Position numbers and translations under genes: made by a program
Notes under the pieces: model-generated
Database searches by the model: none
The model's input: the letters and a program-made list of their open reading frames with translations, nothing else
Told to the model about the DNA's origin: nothing
Assembly: GCF_006345805.1 (NCBI RefSeq)
Contig: NW_021834355.1
Coordinates: 1-49,804 of the forward strand
Length of the DNA stretch: 49,804 nucleotides
Direction of reading: 5' to 3'
DNA from: Octopus sinensis
Lineage: Eukaryota
Shown here: positions 1-12,677 of the stretch, in pieces
Layout: the number at the start of each line of letters is the position of its first letter
Position numbering within the stretch: position 1 is the stretch's first letter

Positions 1-40
1 TACTACATACATACATACATACATACATAGTACCTCTATG

Positions 41-559
41 TAGTACCAGGCGGTGGCTCTCATGGCCTCTGATCTTAACTGATTGGAAGTGTAAAAGATG
101 GGCTACAACAAATATTCTGCTCAATACCACAGAGTTGCTTGTCAGTTGTTTGACCTTAACCAGTTGACCATGTCCCTTAGTGGCTGACAATATGTGCATC
201 TCTGACCACAAGCAGAAGTAGTGGGAGAGCATCATAGCCATGTGTTGAGAGGGATTCTTTGGGGTTTAGATAAGTCACCATTGGGAAACAGGGGTGATTC
301 GTTCAACATCCTTAAATAACCTTTATTGAGGGACCTTTTGAACGGGATGGGCTACTCGACCAGAAGAAAATTCTAACTGGGCCCCACCTGCAAGGTCATG
401 GGCTGTTTGTCTTGATATGAGATCACGATGTCGCGCACATATAGTTGTGATGCATGTACCTGGTGTACCCTTATCAGACGGATAGTCATGATGGGTATAC
501 TGGGCTTCGTATATTTTACCCCAGTGTCACTTTGATGGTATGCACAGCTCTCTCACTCA
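41..559 (+). mobile_element. ~520-bp non-coding retroposon copy with (TAA/TGA)n tail (LINE 3' UTR-like or non-autonomous element)
   Basis: Reverse-complement match to 21771-22317 over its whole length, except a ~28-bp internal deletion near 92; followed by TAATAATGATGATGA. Confidence 0.8.
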
Positions 560-830
560 TTAATAATGATGATGATGAGGATGATGACAAAGGCAACAAC
601 AACAACAACGACAATCATTTATTGCTTTATCATGAAGACACAATTAATCAACCATCTGCATATGTCTATCAAATATATCATTAATTTCTAATACAACTCT
701 TAATGGTTAACTTATAAGCTCATTAAGAATGTATATTATTCAGATTAGATTAAAACTATTTAGATATATCTACAGATCATTAAGGTATGTCATTTAATGT
801 AATAAAACAGTGTATTAATAAGCAAATACA

Positions 831-1020
831 AGCGGCCAGCTGATACAATTCTCAGAAGCCGGACAAACTATTTGACGGCATTTCTTCCGGCTCTTTATGT
901 TGTGAGTTTCACTACTGCCCAGATTAACTTTACCTTCTCGCCCTTCGAGATCGATGAAATAATGTTTCTGTTGCGCACTGAGGTCCCCAGAAAATGCTGG
1001 CCATGTTCCGAAATTAGAAA
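831..1020 (+). mobile_element. Highly diverged SINE family A copy
   Basis: GCGGCCAGCTG...TGTTGTGAGTTTCA...AACTTTACCTTCTCGCCCTTCGAGATCGATGAAAT is collinear with the family A head and body. Confidence 0.55.
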
Positions 1021-1054
1021 CAATATTCATAGGCAAATACTTAGTCCGTAACAT

Positions 1055-1080
1055 ATGTATAAATACACACACATACACAC

Positions 1081-1135
<55 letters not shown>

Positions 1136-1318
1136 CAAGAATATTTATTGACAGGGACTTCGAAGTTTCGGTTACCTGAGCAAAGAGTAATCCTTTTACA
1201 TAAAAGAACACTTGATTTTATTATAACTGAACATAAAAAGAAACATTAATACACATATATGCATATACAAACATATACATATATATGCATAAGTGTATCT
1301 ATGTATATACATATACAT

Positions 1319-1368
<50 letters not shown>

Positions 1369-1510
1369 ACATACATACACACATACATACATACATACAT
1401 ACATACATACACATACATACATACATACATACATACATACATACATACATACACACATACATACATACATATACATACATACATACATACATACATACAT
1501 ACATACACAT
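1055..1510. repeat. Compound microsatellite (TA)n/(CA)n/(TACA)n
   Basis: Direct inspection. Confidence 0.95.
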
Positions 1511-2049
1511 AAACAATAAATTAGAGATTCCATTCACAATACAATAATTTATTTATATTATAATATAACATAATATACCATGAATATAATATAATATAAG
1601 ATACCATAAAAATCATTAAAAAACCAAAAGAGTCAACAATTTGTTACGATTTATATACATAATTCGATTTATAAACAATTCAATCCACTCATCAGTGCTA
1701 TGGTTTAAAAATAGACGAAATTCCGTGCGAAAGGACGACTGGATAGTAAAAAAATTAATTCAAATGTCTATGTATTATGAGAGTGAGCGTTAACTTTTCA
1801 ACTACATAACGATTACAAATATAAAGAAAATTATAATGGATAAAATAATTAAGTAAATAGGATCTATAACTATCGAAATATATTTCCATATACCTCAAAT
1901 GATATTAATCCAAACTTGTTTGGCTATTATAATAACATACAACAACGACAATATATAGGTATATAAATTAATTATCGAGCTCTTACTTAATCTAGAGACT
2001 GTAATAAAACATGTAAATAAATATAAATGATAATATTCTATTATATTAA

Positions 2050-2341
2050 GGCGGCGAGCTGGCAGAAATGTTAGCATACCGAGCGAAATGCTTAGCGGTA
2101 TTTCATCTGCCGTTACGTTGTGAGTTCAAATTCCGCCAAGGTCGACTTTACCTTTCATCCTTTCGGGGTCGATAAATTAAGTACCAGTTACGCACTGGGG
2201 TCGATGTAATCGACTTAATACCTATGTCTGTCCTTGTTTGTCCCTTCTATGTTTAGCCCCTTGTGGGTAATAAAGAAATAGGTATTTCGTCTGCCGTTAC
2301 GTTCTGATTTCAAATTGTGCCTAGAGTAGTAGAAAAAGAAT
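2050..2341 (+). mobile_element. SINE family A (tRNA-like head), partial dimer
   Basis: GGCGGCGAGCTGGCAGAA head, B-box-like GAGTTCAAATTCC, body CCTTTCATCCTTTCGGGGTCGATAAA, tail ...GTGGGTAATAAAGAAATA, then a second partial unit. Confidence 0.9.
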
Positions 2342-2754
2342 ATACTGTTATATTGGTAATATATAACAATTCTTCTCTTTTATTTAAAACTATTGATAAA
2401 AAAAAATTGTCTAAAGTAACTAACAAAAAAAAATGTTACAGTTCTATATTTAAGAGATGAGGAATTTTGTACATTATTTACATTTGACGGATATTTGTCC
2501 TCATCTTCATGTACATATGTAAGCATTTGTATAAATAAATAAGCTAGAATTAGAAATCGAGAACGTACTTTCAAGCGAAAAGGCCGTTCTAAGTGGAACA
2601 TATGGCCATATGTCACGAATAATTTAATTGAATTATAGATCTATATATAAACAAGCTTTAAAGGTGTAAAGATTGTGAACATATTGGATTGGTGTGTATT
2701 AAAGGTTTTTGCTGTAGATAGAAGAATTGAATAAATAGATAATATGAAAGAAAC

Positions 2755-3890
2755 GTCGGAGAAGAAGAAGGAGGAGGAGGAGGAGAAGAAGAAGGAGGAG
2801 GAGGAGGAGAAGAATAAGGGGAAGAAGAAGAAGAAGAAGAAGAAGAAGAAGAACGGGAAGAAGAAGAAGAAGAAGAAGAGAAGTATAACAACAACAACAG
2901 CAAGAACAACTGCGACGAGAACGAGAAGGTATCGGCAACGACGACGGCGATGACGTCGATGATGGTGGTGGTGGTGGTGGTGGTGGTGATAGTGTTGGGG
3001 CTGTTGTTGTCGTTATTGGTGTGGTGGTGGTGGTGGTGATGGTGGTCGTAGTGGTGGTGGTGGTAGTGTTTGTTGTCGTTGTTGTTGTTGGTGGTGGTGA
3101 TGGTGGTGGCAGTGGTGGTGGCAGTGGTGGTGGTGGTGGTGGTGGTTGGTGGTGGTGGTGTTGATGAAGGGCTTAAAGCTTAAAGTCACGACTTAAACAG
3201 ATTAAAGCTGATCCACTCAACGGCTGAGCCGTCGTCTCAGCAATTATTGACTCAGCGTTTCAGCGGGGGAAAAGTGTGAAGTAATTTTATAAAAGGGAAC
3301 ACTTGATTAGCTGTGTGTGAGAAACTCTGTTCATGGTCGATGGTTAAGTACTGGCGATGGTAGTGAGTGGTGGTGGCGGTATGGTGTGGTGTGGAGTTTA
3401 ATATGGCTTTGGTACTGTTGGTAATTGATGTAGTGGTCGTAGAGGTGGTGGTGGTGGTGGTGGTGGTGGTGGTGCTTCTACTGCTTGTGCTGGCTTTGGT
3501 AGTGACGGCGGTGGTGATGGCGGTGGTGGTGATGGTGGTGATGGTGGTGGTGGTGGTGGTGTGGTGGTGGTGGTGGTGTCTGTGATGGTGGCGATACTTG
3601 AGGTTGTGGTTGTAGTCATGGTGATGGTGTTTGTGTTGTTCTGTGGTTGTTGTTGTTGTTGGTGGTGGTGGTGGTGGTAGTGGTGGGGGTAGTGGTGGTA
3701 GTGGTGGTGGTGGTGGTAGTGGTGGTGGTGGTGGTGATGATCGTCGTTGTCGTCGTTGTCGTCGTCGTAGTGATCGTTGTGGCGGCGGCGGTGATGGTAT
3801 GATGGCTGTGGTAGCAGTTATGGTGTTCGAAATGGTGGATGGTGGTGGAGGTTGAGGGATGGGGCCGGGTCGTCGTCGTCGTAGTCGCCG
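2755..3890. repeat. (GAA)n/(GAG)n and (GGT)n-rich trinucleotide low-complexity block with a short unique island
   Basis: Direct inspection. Confidence 0.9.
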
Positions 3891-4267
3891 TGGCTCTGAA
3901 GCCGGTGCAAACAAACTGACTATTGAATTTGAAAAGGTTGGCGTTCAATGCTTAGATGGATTGATGGATGTTTGGACTGACGGGTGGCAAGGGACGGACG
4001 GGTGGATGATATTGGAAGAGTGGATGGCTGATTTGAACGAGCGGATGGACAGATGGGTGGGTTGATGGATAGATGACTTCATGGGATGATAGATGGGTGG
4101 ATACAGAGATGATTGGAAGGGTGGACGGATGAATGAATGAATAAGTGGATGGGTGGGTGGGGAGAGAAGAGATTGGGATGGGGGCGGGGTAGGGGGTGGA
4201 GTAGAATGTGGGTTCAAGAAAGACGTAATAAAGGTAGATAATGAAGAATTTCAGGGGAAAAGGATAT

Positions 4268-4530
4268 AGGCGCATGCGTGGGTGAGTGGTGAGGATTTTG
4301 TCTTCCAACCACATGGTTCTGGGTTCAGTCCCAATGCGTGACACCTCGGATCTACCAAAGCCTTGTGAATGGATTTGGTAGATGGAAACTGAAAAGAAAT
4401 CCGTTGTATGTGTGTTTGTGTGAGTCCGTTTGTGTGTGTGTGTGTGTGTGTTTGTGTATGTGTTTGTGTGTGTGTGTGTTTGTGTATGTGTTTGTGTGTG
4501 TGTGTGTGTGTGTTGTCTGTGTTTTGTGTG

Positions 4531-4586
<56 letters not shown>

Positions 4587-4792
4587 GACCTCTACCACCG
4601 CTTGAAAACCGGCGTTGGCATGCCTACGTCCCCGTAACTTTGTGGTTCGGCAAAAGGAACCGCTGGAAGAAGTAACAGGCTTTTAAAAAGAAATCATGTA
4701 TTGGCTTCGTCGATTTGTTCGACTAAAATTCTTCGACGTGGTGCTCCAGCATGGCCGCAGACTAAAAACTGAATCAAATAACAGATAAAAGA
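4268..4792 (+). mobile_element. SINE family B with internal (TG)n tract
   Basis: Head ...AACCACATGGTTCTGGGTTCAGTCCCA, GGATTTGGTAGATGGAAACTGAAA, (TG)n, right arm ...GTGCTCCAGCATGGCCGCAG; repeated about 8 times in the window. Confidence 0.9.
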
Positions 4793-5159
4793 TGTGAAGT
4801 AAATTTTCTAAAACTGAATAATGAAAGAGTCTGAGAGAGAAATAGAACAGGAAAGGGAATTTGGAAGGAAATACAAATAAAACAGAAGTGAGGGGGGGGC
4901 GGATAGAACGAAGAAAGAATAAAAGAGAAAAAAAAAAGAAGATATGTGAAAGAAAAAGGAAAGAATTCAGAAACGGAAGAAATTGACTGAAAGTAAGATA
5001 GGAATATGTAACGGAAGACCGGGTGAAGAATGGAAGACTGGAAGGCAGCTAGGAAGAAGGATTTTGCGGGGAGAGAGAAGAATGATAATAGGAGGGGGAA
5101 ATACCGAGGAAGGAGTGTGAGAAAAAAAGAAGGTAAATATAGATAGAAGGTAACAGAAA

Positions 5160-5801
5160 TATTTTTCTTTTATTGCTCACAGGGAGCATAGAGGGGACAA
5201 ACAAGGACAGGCAAAGGGATTAAGTCGATTACATCGACCCCAGTGAGTAATTGGTACTTATTTAATCGACCCCCGAAAGGATGAAAGACAAAGTCGACCT
5301 CGGCGGAATTTGAACTCGGTACGCAACGGCAGTCAAAATACGGCTAAGCATTTCGCCCGGCGTGCTAACATTTCTGCCAGCTCGGCACCTTTAGAAGAGA
5401 CAATATTCTTTTCTACTCTATGTACAAGGCCCTAAACTTTTGGGGAGGGGCCAGTCGATTAAATCGACCGCAGTACGCAACTGATACTTAATTTATCGAC
5501 CCCGAAACGATGAAAGGCAAACTCGACCTCGGAGGAATTTGAACTCGGAACGCAACGGCAGTCGAAATACCTATTTCTTTACTACCCACAAGGGGCTAAA
5601 CACATAGAGGACAAACAAGGACAGACAAACGGATTAAGTCGATTACATCGACCCCAGTATGTAAGTGGTACTTATTTAATCGACCCCGAAAGGATGAAAG
5701 GCAAAGTCGACCTCGGCGGAATTTGAACTCAGAACGTAGCGGCAGACGAAATACCGGTAAGCTTTTCGCTCGGCGTGCTAATGTCTCTGCCAACTCGCCG
5801 C
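5160..5801 (-). mobile_element. Cluster of SINE family A copies (monomer 5160-5390; dimer 5403-5801)
   Basis: Reverse complement of family A head, body and tails. Confidence 0.9.
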
Positions 5802-6024
5802 TTTAGGTATAAGAAATATTGAAAGAATACAGAGAATAGAATGTCGCACAGACAGATAGACAGAAAGACAGAGAGAGAGAGGCGGGGAATGAGCAAGTGG
5901 GTGAGTGATAGTAAGGATTAGTATAGGGAGAAATAAAGATACATATATACATAACAGTAGGAAAAATGAAAAGAATTGAAAGAGAGGGTGAAGGAGATAA
6001 GAAGAGACTTTAGATTAATTGCAA

Positions 6025-6196
6025 GAAAGAGAAACATGGTTCAACCCTCCCTACAACATTCATGTAATCACATTAGCAAGGAATTTCCTGGCTTTGTTAA
6101 ATGAACAATCATTCATAAATATTGGAATCTCTTTAACAGGACATGGTTGGGTGTTGGTTACATTTGCCTGGGTAGCATTACTTCCCAAATCTCCAT
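6025..6196 (+). pseudogene. Degraded Penelope-like element ORF fragment (region between RT and GIY-YIG)
   Basis: Manual translation RETWFNPPYNIHVITLARNFLALLNE and, after a frameshift, HKYWNLFNRTWLGVGYICLGSITSQIS, resembling the PLE motif WFNPP[FY]...GKxFLxLIDxHF...HKIFNRxxVKxSYSC. Confidence 0.6.
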
Positions 6197-7101
6197 AAAC
6201 TATTCCCCCTTTTGTTAGCAGCAATAAGAAAACTTTAACAGCAATAAAGAAAACTTTCCAGTTTTATATAACTGGTAACAATCCCCACCGCTGTCAGTTG
6301 CGGTACACGCTGTCCAAGATTGAAGCAAAAGTGTAACATATTTGAATGACTTTCATGAGACGGATGATCCATTCTCATAGATTTTCTCTTCTTTGCACCC
6401 TCCCTCCCATCTGCTGTAAGCTTTTCACAAATATTCCCAGCGTGCATCTTTAATGCCATTCTAATCCACTGCCAACAATGCAACGACTGCGCCCATGATT
6501 GTCTAAGTAAGAACCCTGCTTTGTAACTACGTGATATCATGTTCGATTCTGCTAGACAGCATCTTGGACATGTGCGTCGGATACAGAAACAAGTCTTGGG
6601 TAACTGATTTTTATTATTGCCTCGGACTGACCCAAGATTTGATAGGAAAATTACAGAGAAAGTAACTGTCTGACTGAATATACTCGTAATTTAAATCTGC
6701 AGCGTTGATTATTTTTGTCATTAGATTAAAGCGGCACGTGCCTGTAAAATGTTCAGCCGCTATTAGTTCAATTCAAGGAGCAGGCAGTGCTGTTGTTTAC
6801 ACAAATAAAAACTCACCGTCGAAAGCGACAGGGAGTCATTTATCCACAAGCGCGCGCACACATATATTTGTATGGATACACATACATTCGCGCACATACT
6901 AACATACATTGGAGTTGCAAACGAGAAAGAAAGTACTCAATGCTGGTGCAAAAGTATATTCGTTTTACTTTTATCATCCGGTAACATAGCTCAAAACTAT
7001 CCACCACATGCAACAGAGTTCGGTACCATTACCAATTTAATCGCCGATTCCTAAATGATACAAGAGTTTGTATTCATTACATAATATTAGAGATGGTCAT
7101 C

Positions 7102-7320
7102 AGGTGGCGAGCTGGTAGAATCGTTAGCGCGCCGGGCAAAATGCTTAGCAGCATATCTTCTGTTTTAACGTTCTGAGTTCAAATGCTAACGGGGTCAACT
7201 TTTGCCATTCTTCCTTTCGGGGTCGATAAATGAAGTACCAGTTGAACTCTGAAATCGATGTAGTAGATTATCTCCAATCCCCCAAATTTCAGGCCTTGTG
7301 CCTATTGTGGAAAGGAATAT
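7102..7320 (+). mobile_element. SINE family A, short-tail variant
   Basis: Family A head and body with tail CCCCAAATTTCAGGCCTTGTGCCTA. Confidence 0.85.
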
Positions 7321-7462
7321 TTGTGGTGGTCATGGGAAGTGATAAACCATGAATGGTGAAGAAATGTAGAAAAGCAATGACTTGAGAGAAAGCTAAAGAA
7401 AAAGAAGGAAAATGAAAGAGAAAGCTTATTGCAGGGTAAAGTTGAAGAAATCTGAACCAGGC

Positions 7463-7970
7463 TTCTTTTATTCTTTTACTTGTTTCAGTCATTAGACTGC
7501 GGCCATGCTGGGGCACCGCCTTGAAGAATTTTAGTTAACTGAATCGACCCTAATATATATTTTCTTTTTAAGCCAGGTACTTATCTGTCAGTCTCCTTTG
7601 CTGAAGCGATAAGTTAGGGGGACGTAAAGCACCGACACCGGTTGCCAAGCGGTGTGGGTGGGGAACAAACACAGACAGAAAGACAAACACACATATACAT
7701 ACATATGAATGTATATTACTCTTTATATATATATATATATATATATATACACGCACACACACACACACACACTCATATATGTATGGATGGATGAATGTAT
7801 ACACGATGGGCGTATTTCAGTCTCCATGTACCAAATCCGATCACAAGATTTTGGTAGACCCGAGGTTATAGGAGACACTTGCCCAAGGTACCAGACAGTA
7901 GGACTGATCCCGGAACCATGTGGTTGAGAATCAAACTTCTTCTAGCCACACAGCCATGTCTGCGCCTATA
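7463..7970 (-). mobile_element. SINE family B
   Basis: Reverse complement of family B with internal (TA)/(CA) tract. Confidence 0.85.
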
Positions 7971-8984
7971 AGAAGAAATTTCAAATGTACGTGTATATGG
8001 GTGGCTCTAGTCCGGTAAAGTTGGTGTTACTCAATTCCGTAACAGAGACTTTCCAAAGTGTCTGCTTTTCACAAACAACTCTGATGTGGTGCTTAAGTAG
8101 TTTACACCTGTAAAGCAAATAATCAACCTTCGTCACGTTGAATGCCTCAACCACTTGGACTGGGGTTTCATGACAAAGTTGTTTAGTTCATCAAGTAAGT
8201 GGAATATTCATTGCTAAAAGAGAGGGAGGGTCCATCATCAGGTTGCTTAGTGGTAGGGTACCAAGATAGATGAGTGGGTATATGAATTCAGTAGAATCAC
8301 AAGAAACTGACAACAAAAGCTAAAAAAGGAATGAAATAACGCAAAATATCATAATTAGGTGGTGATGTCGAGAAGTGGTGGAGGTGAGATGTGTGTTTGG
8401 GGTTAAGACTTTGTTCAAGGAAAAATATTTAGGGGTTTCAATAGGGGTGGGGAATGAAGAAGGGTTTGGCGCAAACTTTATTCGTAATAATTGTTTATTG
8501 AAATGCTTGATCTTTTGTTATTACCGAGGGATTATTATTTGTCATCATTGTGTGTGTGGGGGAGGGGTGTAAGTGCGCGTGCGGTTGTTTGGAGATGGTT
8601 TTCTCTTGACGACTGTCTGGTTTAACAAGAGAGTAGAGAAAAGGACTTGATGAATAAAAGGTAAAATAATAGAAAATATGAAAGGGTGAAAGGGACGAAA
8701 CAAACGAAATAAATAAAAAAAAAGTAAAGGAAAAGTAACAGATGAAGAAATAGAGAAAAGAAAGGAAGGAAAGAGGCAAGGAATGTAAGAGAAAGAAAGA
8801 GTGGAAAAGAGGAAGAGAAGAAAAGAATATAATTGAAACAATAAAATTATATATAAAATGTGAAGTAAGAGAGGGGAAACGGAACGGAACGGGTGTGAAA
8901 GGGTAAAGGAGAGAAAGAGAGAGAAAGAGATTAAGAACAAAATAAATGAATATGAATAGATGGGCAGACACACAGGCATGCAGA

Positions 8985-9520
<536 letters not shown>

Positions 9521-9794
9521 TGGGAACAATTTATTGAACGTTTTAAAAGATCGATAATGAATCACTGACTGTCATGTCGGGTGTGGTGTGAGGAATGGGA
9601 GAGGGAGAGGGTGAAAGGGGACAGTGGGTAGTGGTGTGGGGGTTGCGGTGGTACGAGGCAGAGTGGCCTTTGTGATTTGATGGGGTGACTGGGTAAGGGG
9701 GAGAGTGACGGAGGATGTGAAGTGGAGGGGAGAGATTTGGAGACACACAAGAGGGGAAAGGTGGGTATTGAACCAGTGGAATTGGTGTTGGTTT

Positions 9795-10169
9795 ATGGTG
9801 GTGGCACTTGTAGTGGTGGTGGTGGTGGTGGTGGTGGTGGTGGTGGTGATGCTTATGGCGGCGGTGGCGGTGATCGAAACGGTGGTTCTGTTAGGTAATG
9901 GGGAGAGGTTGGCATTGGCAATCACGACAAGCACTGATAGGGAAGTGTCCGTGACAATTTTGGATAATGGAAACGTTAAGTGAGGTGGTGGTGGTGGCGG
10001 TAGTGGTGGTGGTGGTGGTGGTGGTGTGGTGGTGGTGGTTGGTGGTGGTGGTGGTGTGGTGGTGGTGGTGGTGGTGGTGGTGGTGGTGGGTGAGTGGTGG
10101 TGTTTTGAGGAGGAGATAGTGTTGAATGTAGCAATGTAGTGGAAGTAATATGTCAACTGATGAATGGAC

Positions 10170-10205
<36 letters not shown>

Positions 10206-10257
10206 AGGAAGAAAGAGAGAGAGGACAGACAGAGATAGAGAGAGAGAGAGAGAAGGA

Positions 10258-10309
<52 letters not shown>

Positions 10310-10533
10310 ACGCTAGGAGGAAAAACAGAAAGAGAGAAAGATAAGAATGAGAGAAAGAAAGAGATGGACAGACAGACAGAGAGAGAGAGAGAAAGGGAGG
10401 GAGAGAGAGAAAGACAGATAGGATGATGGCAGACAGACAGAAAGGTAGAGAGAGAAAGAGAGAGAGGGTAAGTCAGAGAGACTGATGGACAGAGAGACAG
10501 GAACAGAGACAGACAGACAATCAGATAAATAAT

Positions 10534-10586
<53 letters not shown>

Positions 10587-10590
10587 AGAA
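9795..10590. repeat. (GGT)n, (GA)n, (GAAA)n and (GATA)n tracts
   Basis: Direct inspection. Confidence 0.9.
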
Positions 10591-11138
10591 CAAATAAATA
10601 TGTCTGCCCGGATCAATAGCTGAATGGACAGGCAATCAGTGAGTGGAATGTTCGGATGATCGACTGGATCAAATGATGGATGAATGGAAACCGGGTGCCA
10701 GGAAAGGATGGGCAGTAAAAACGGGTGAATTAGGGGTAGATGGTGGGTGGTTTGATGGTATGCATGCTTGCCCCATCATGGTAAAAGATGGGGCATCTGG
10801 TTGAGTCACTCGGTTCACAATTGACTGCTGGGAACATGGAATTTACATTAAGACAACGAACTCCCCCTGGCGACCGACGTGGTCGTGCATCGACATCAAA
10901 GCTGTAATAAAACATACTCTGCCCACCACTCTAGTGACACAATATATAGACCACACGCATGCACACACATACACACAACACACACATTCTGTCTCATACA
11001 TATATGCTTTTAGTCACGCATAAGTGTATGCGTATACATACATCCTAGTTATATGTATGTGTGTGTGTATGTATATATCTATATATGTGTACCTGCTTAT
11101 ATATATGTGTATGTGTGTGCGTGTGTATACATCATTTT

Positions 11139-11532
11139 CACCATGTGGAAAATATTCCACCGACATTATCCAAATGATATTGGTATTATGTTTACAATTC
11201 ACCCAAGACTAGGCCCCCGTGCAATGCGTCCCCTACAAAGGTCGAGATCACATCACATAAGAACATTGTGAGACAATTTCTTCACTGCAAATGTTTATGC
11301 ACTTTTCAACGTTATGCCAAAAGAAATTAAAGTAGAAAAAAGACCCCACAACTTTCAAACAGTACCTGGACAAATTCCCCCAGGAAAAACCGGATACGTC
11401 TCAACCAGCGACAACACTCTGCTTCAGTGGTCCATGGTGTCCCGAAATAATTAACTAAAAGACTTTTCCAGGTGGTGTTATTGAGTTAGCCATGGCCTGG
11501 GCCGATAAGGGCCGAAACCAGTCAAAGTTATC
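11139..11532 (+). mobile_element. 3' fragment of a CR1-like LINE related to the 24067-26520 element
   Basis: MWKIFHRHYPNDIGIMFTIHPRLGPRAMRP versus MWKIFHQHCPNDVGITFKIHPRLGPRAIRP; shared 3' UTR CCAGGTGGTGYTATTRAGTTAGMCATGGCCTGGGCC. Confidence 0.85.
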
Positions 11533-11534
11533 TG

Positions 11535-11810
11535 GTGGTCAGTATGCTGCTCTCACGATTGCTAGATCGTGAGTTCGATTCCAGGACCGAGCGGTGAGTG
11601 GTATTCTTAAGCAACACACTACATTTCATGTTACTCTGCTAGCATTTCCTCATCTGACATGTGACACACTTGTGCGCATGTGCAAGCAACGTTGATTGGC
11701 TAGATACAGTGAACGAATGTACAGCACAAACATTTGATCACTATAAACGAATTATTTGTGCAGATCGCTCGGCAAAAACTGAATGTTCATACGTCATCGT
11801 CGACAGAAGA
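11535..11810 (+). mobile_element. Old tRNA-derived SINE family D
   Basis: B-box GAGTTCGATTCC followed by TTCTTAAGCAACACACTACATTTCA; related copies at 15035-15625 (-), 39230-39340 (-) and 40085-40385 (+). Confidence 0.6.
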
Positions 11811-11864
11811 TTCCATCATGTATATGTGTGTGTATGTGTATGTGTGTGATATGATATGATCTAT

Positions 11865-12114
11865 ATCGATGTTATAATGCAAAGGTGTCGTAAGTCCGAA
11901 ACGTTGCTTTTTCAGAAAATGAAAAAATAGTTTCACCATTCCATAGCAACACCGTTGTACAACACTTTGACAATTTTTGAAATCTTGGCATCTGAAGCAG
12001 CTGGAGATATGACAGTTTAACCAAGAGAGATGGCTTTTGCAAGCGAAAATAAATATTGGAAAAAAACGCATTTGGCCAAATTTGGACATACGACAGTTTC
12101 ACATAATAGCAACG

Positions 12115-12116
<2 letters not shown>
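11865..12116. mobile_element. MITE with imperfect ~33-bp terminal inverted repeats
   Basis: ATCGATGTTATAATGCAAAGGTGTCGTAAGTCC versus reverse complement of the right end ATCGTTGCTATTATGTGAAACTGTCGTATGTCC; TA-rich flanks. Confidence 0.6.
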
Positions 12117-12202
<86 letters not shown>

Positions 12203-12624
12203 AGAGAGAGACAGACAGACATATACAAACATACATTCATACATACATAAAAATACATACATACATACATACATACATACATACATGCATACATACATAC
12301 ATACATATATGTGTGTGTATGCGTATGTGTGTGTGTGTGTGTGTATGTGTCCGTGTCCAATAATGTCGTTTTCTGAGCATGTTCTACTTTCTTCAATTGT
12401 CTACATCCGTGCAATCTCATCTTTCAGTGGCTTCTATTCCTCAATCGTTTTCAGTTCTTTGTCACCCACTCGTACATCCTCAGGTATGGCAACATCTATC
12501 ATCTCCGTTTCCTTCTTCGTTTAATATTCTACAACAATGTCTGGTCTCCGAGCATCAATCGCTCTCTAGTCTCCGAACATCAATCACGCCTACTATTACC
12601 ATTACCATTATTATTATTATTATG

Positions 12625-12677
<53 letters not shown>

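Noticed and set aside
2050-2140. tRNA-like A/B boxes as tRNA genes
   Set aside because: They are SINE heads repeated more than ten times and fused to SINE bodies; no cloverleaf
4148-4199. G-quadruplex-like run
   Set aside because: Part of a decayed (GGAT/GGGT)n tract; expected by composition
5148-5820. Possible TSD (AGGTA..AGAAATATT) enclosing the whole SINE cluster
   Set aside because: Mismatched and in A/G-rich sequence; could be chance
6235-6540. 101-aa minus ORF, possibly an RTE C-terminus
   Set aside because: Only vague resemblance; no diagnostic motif
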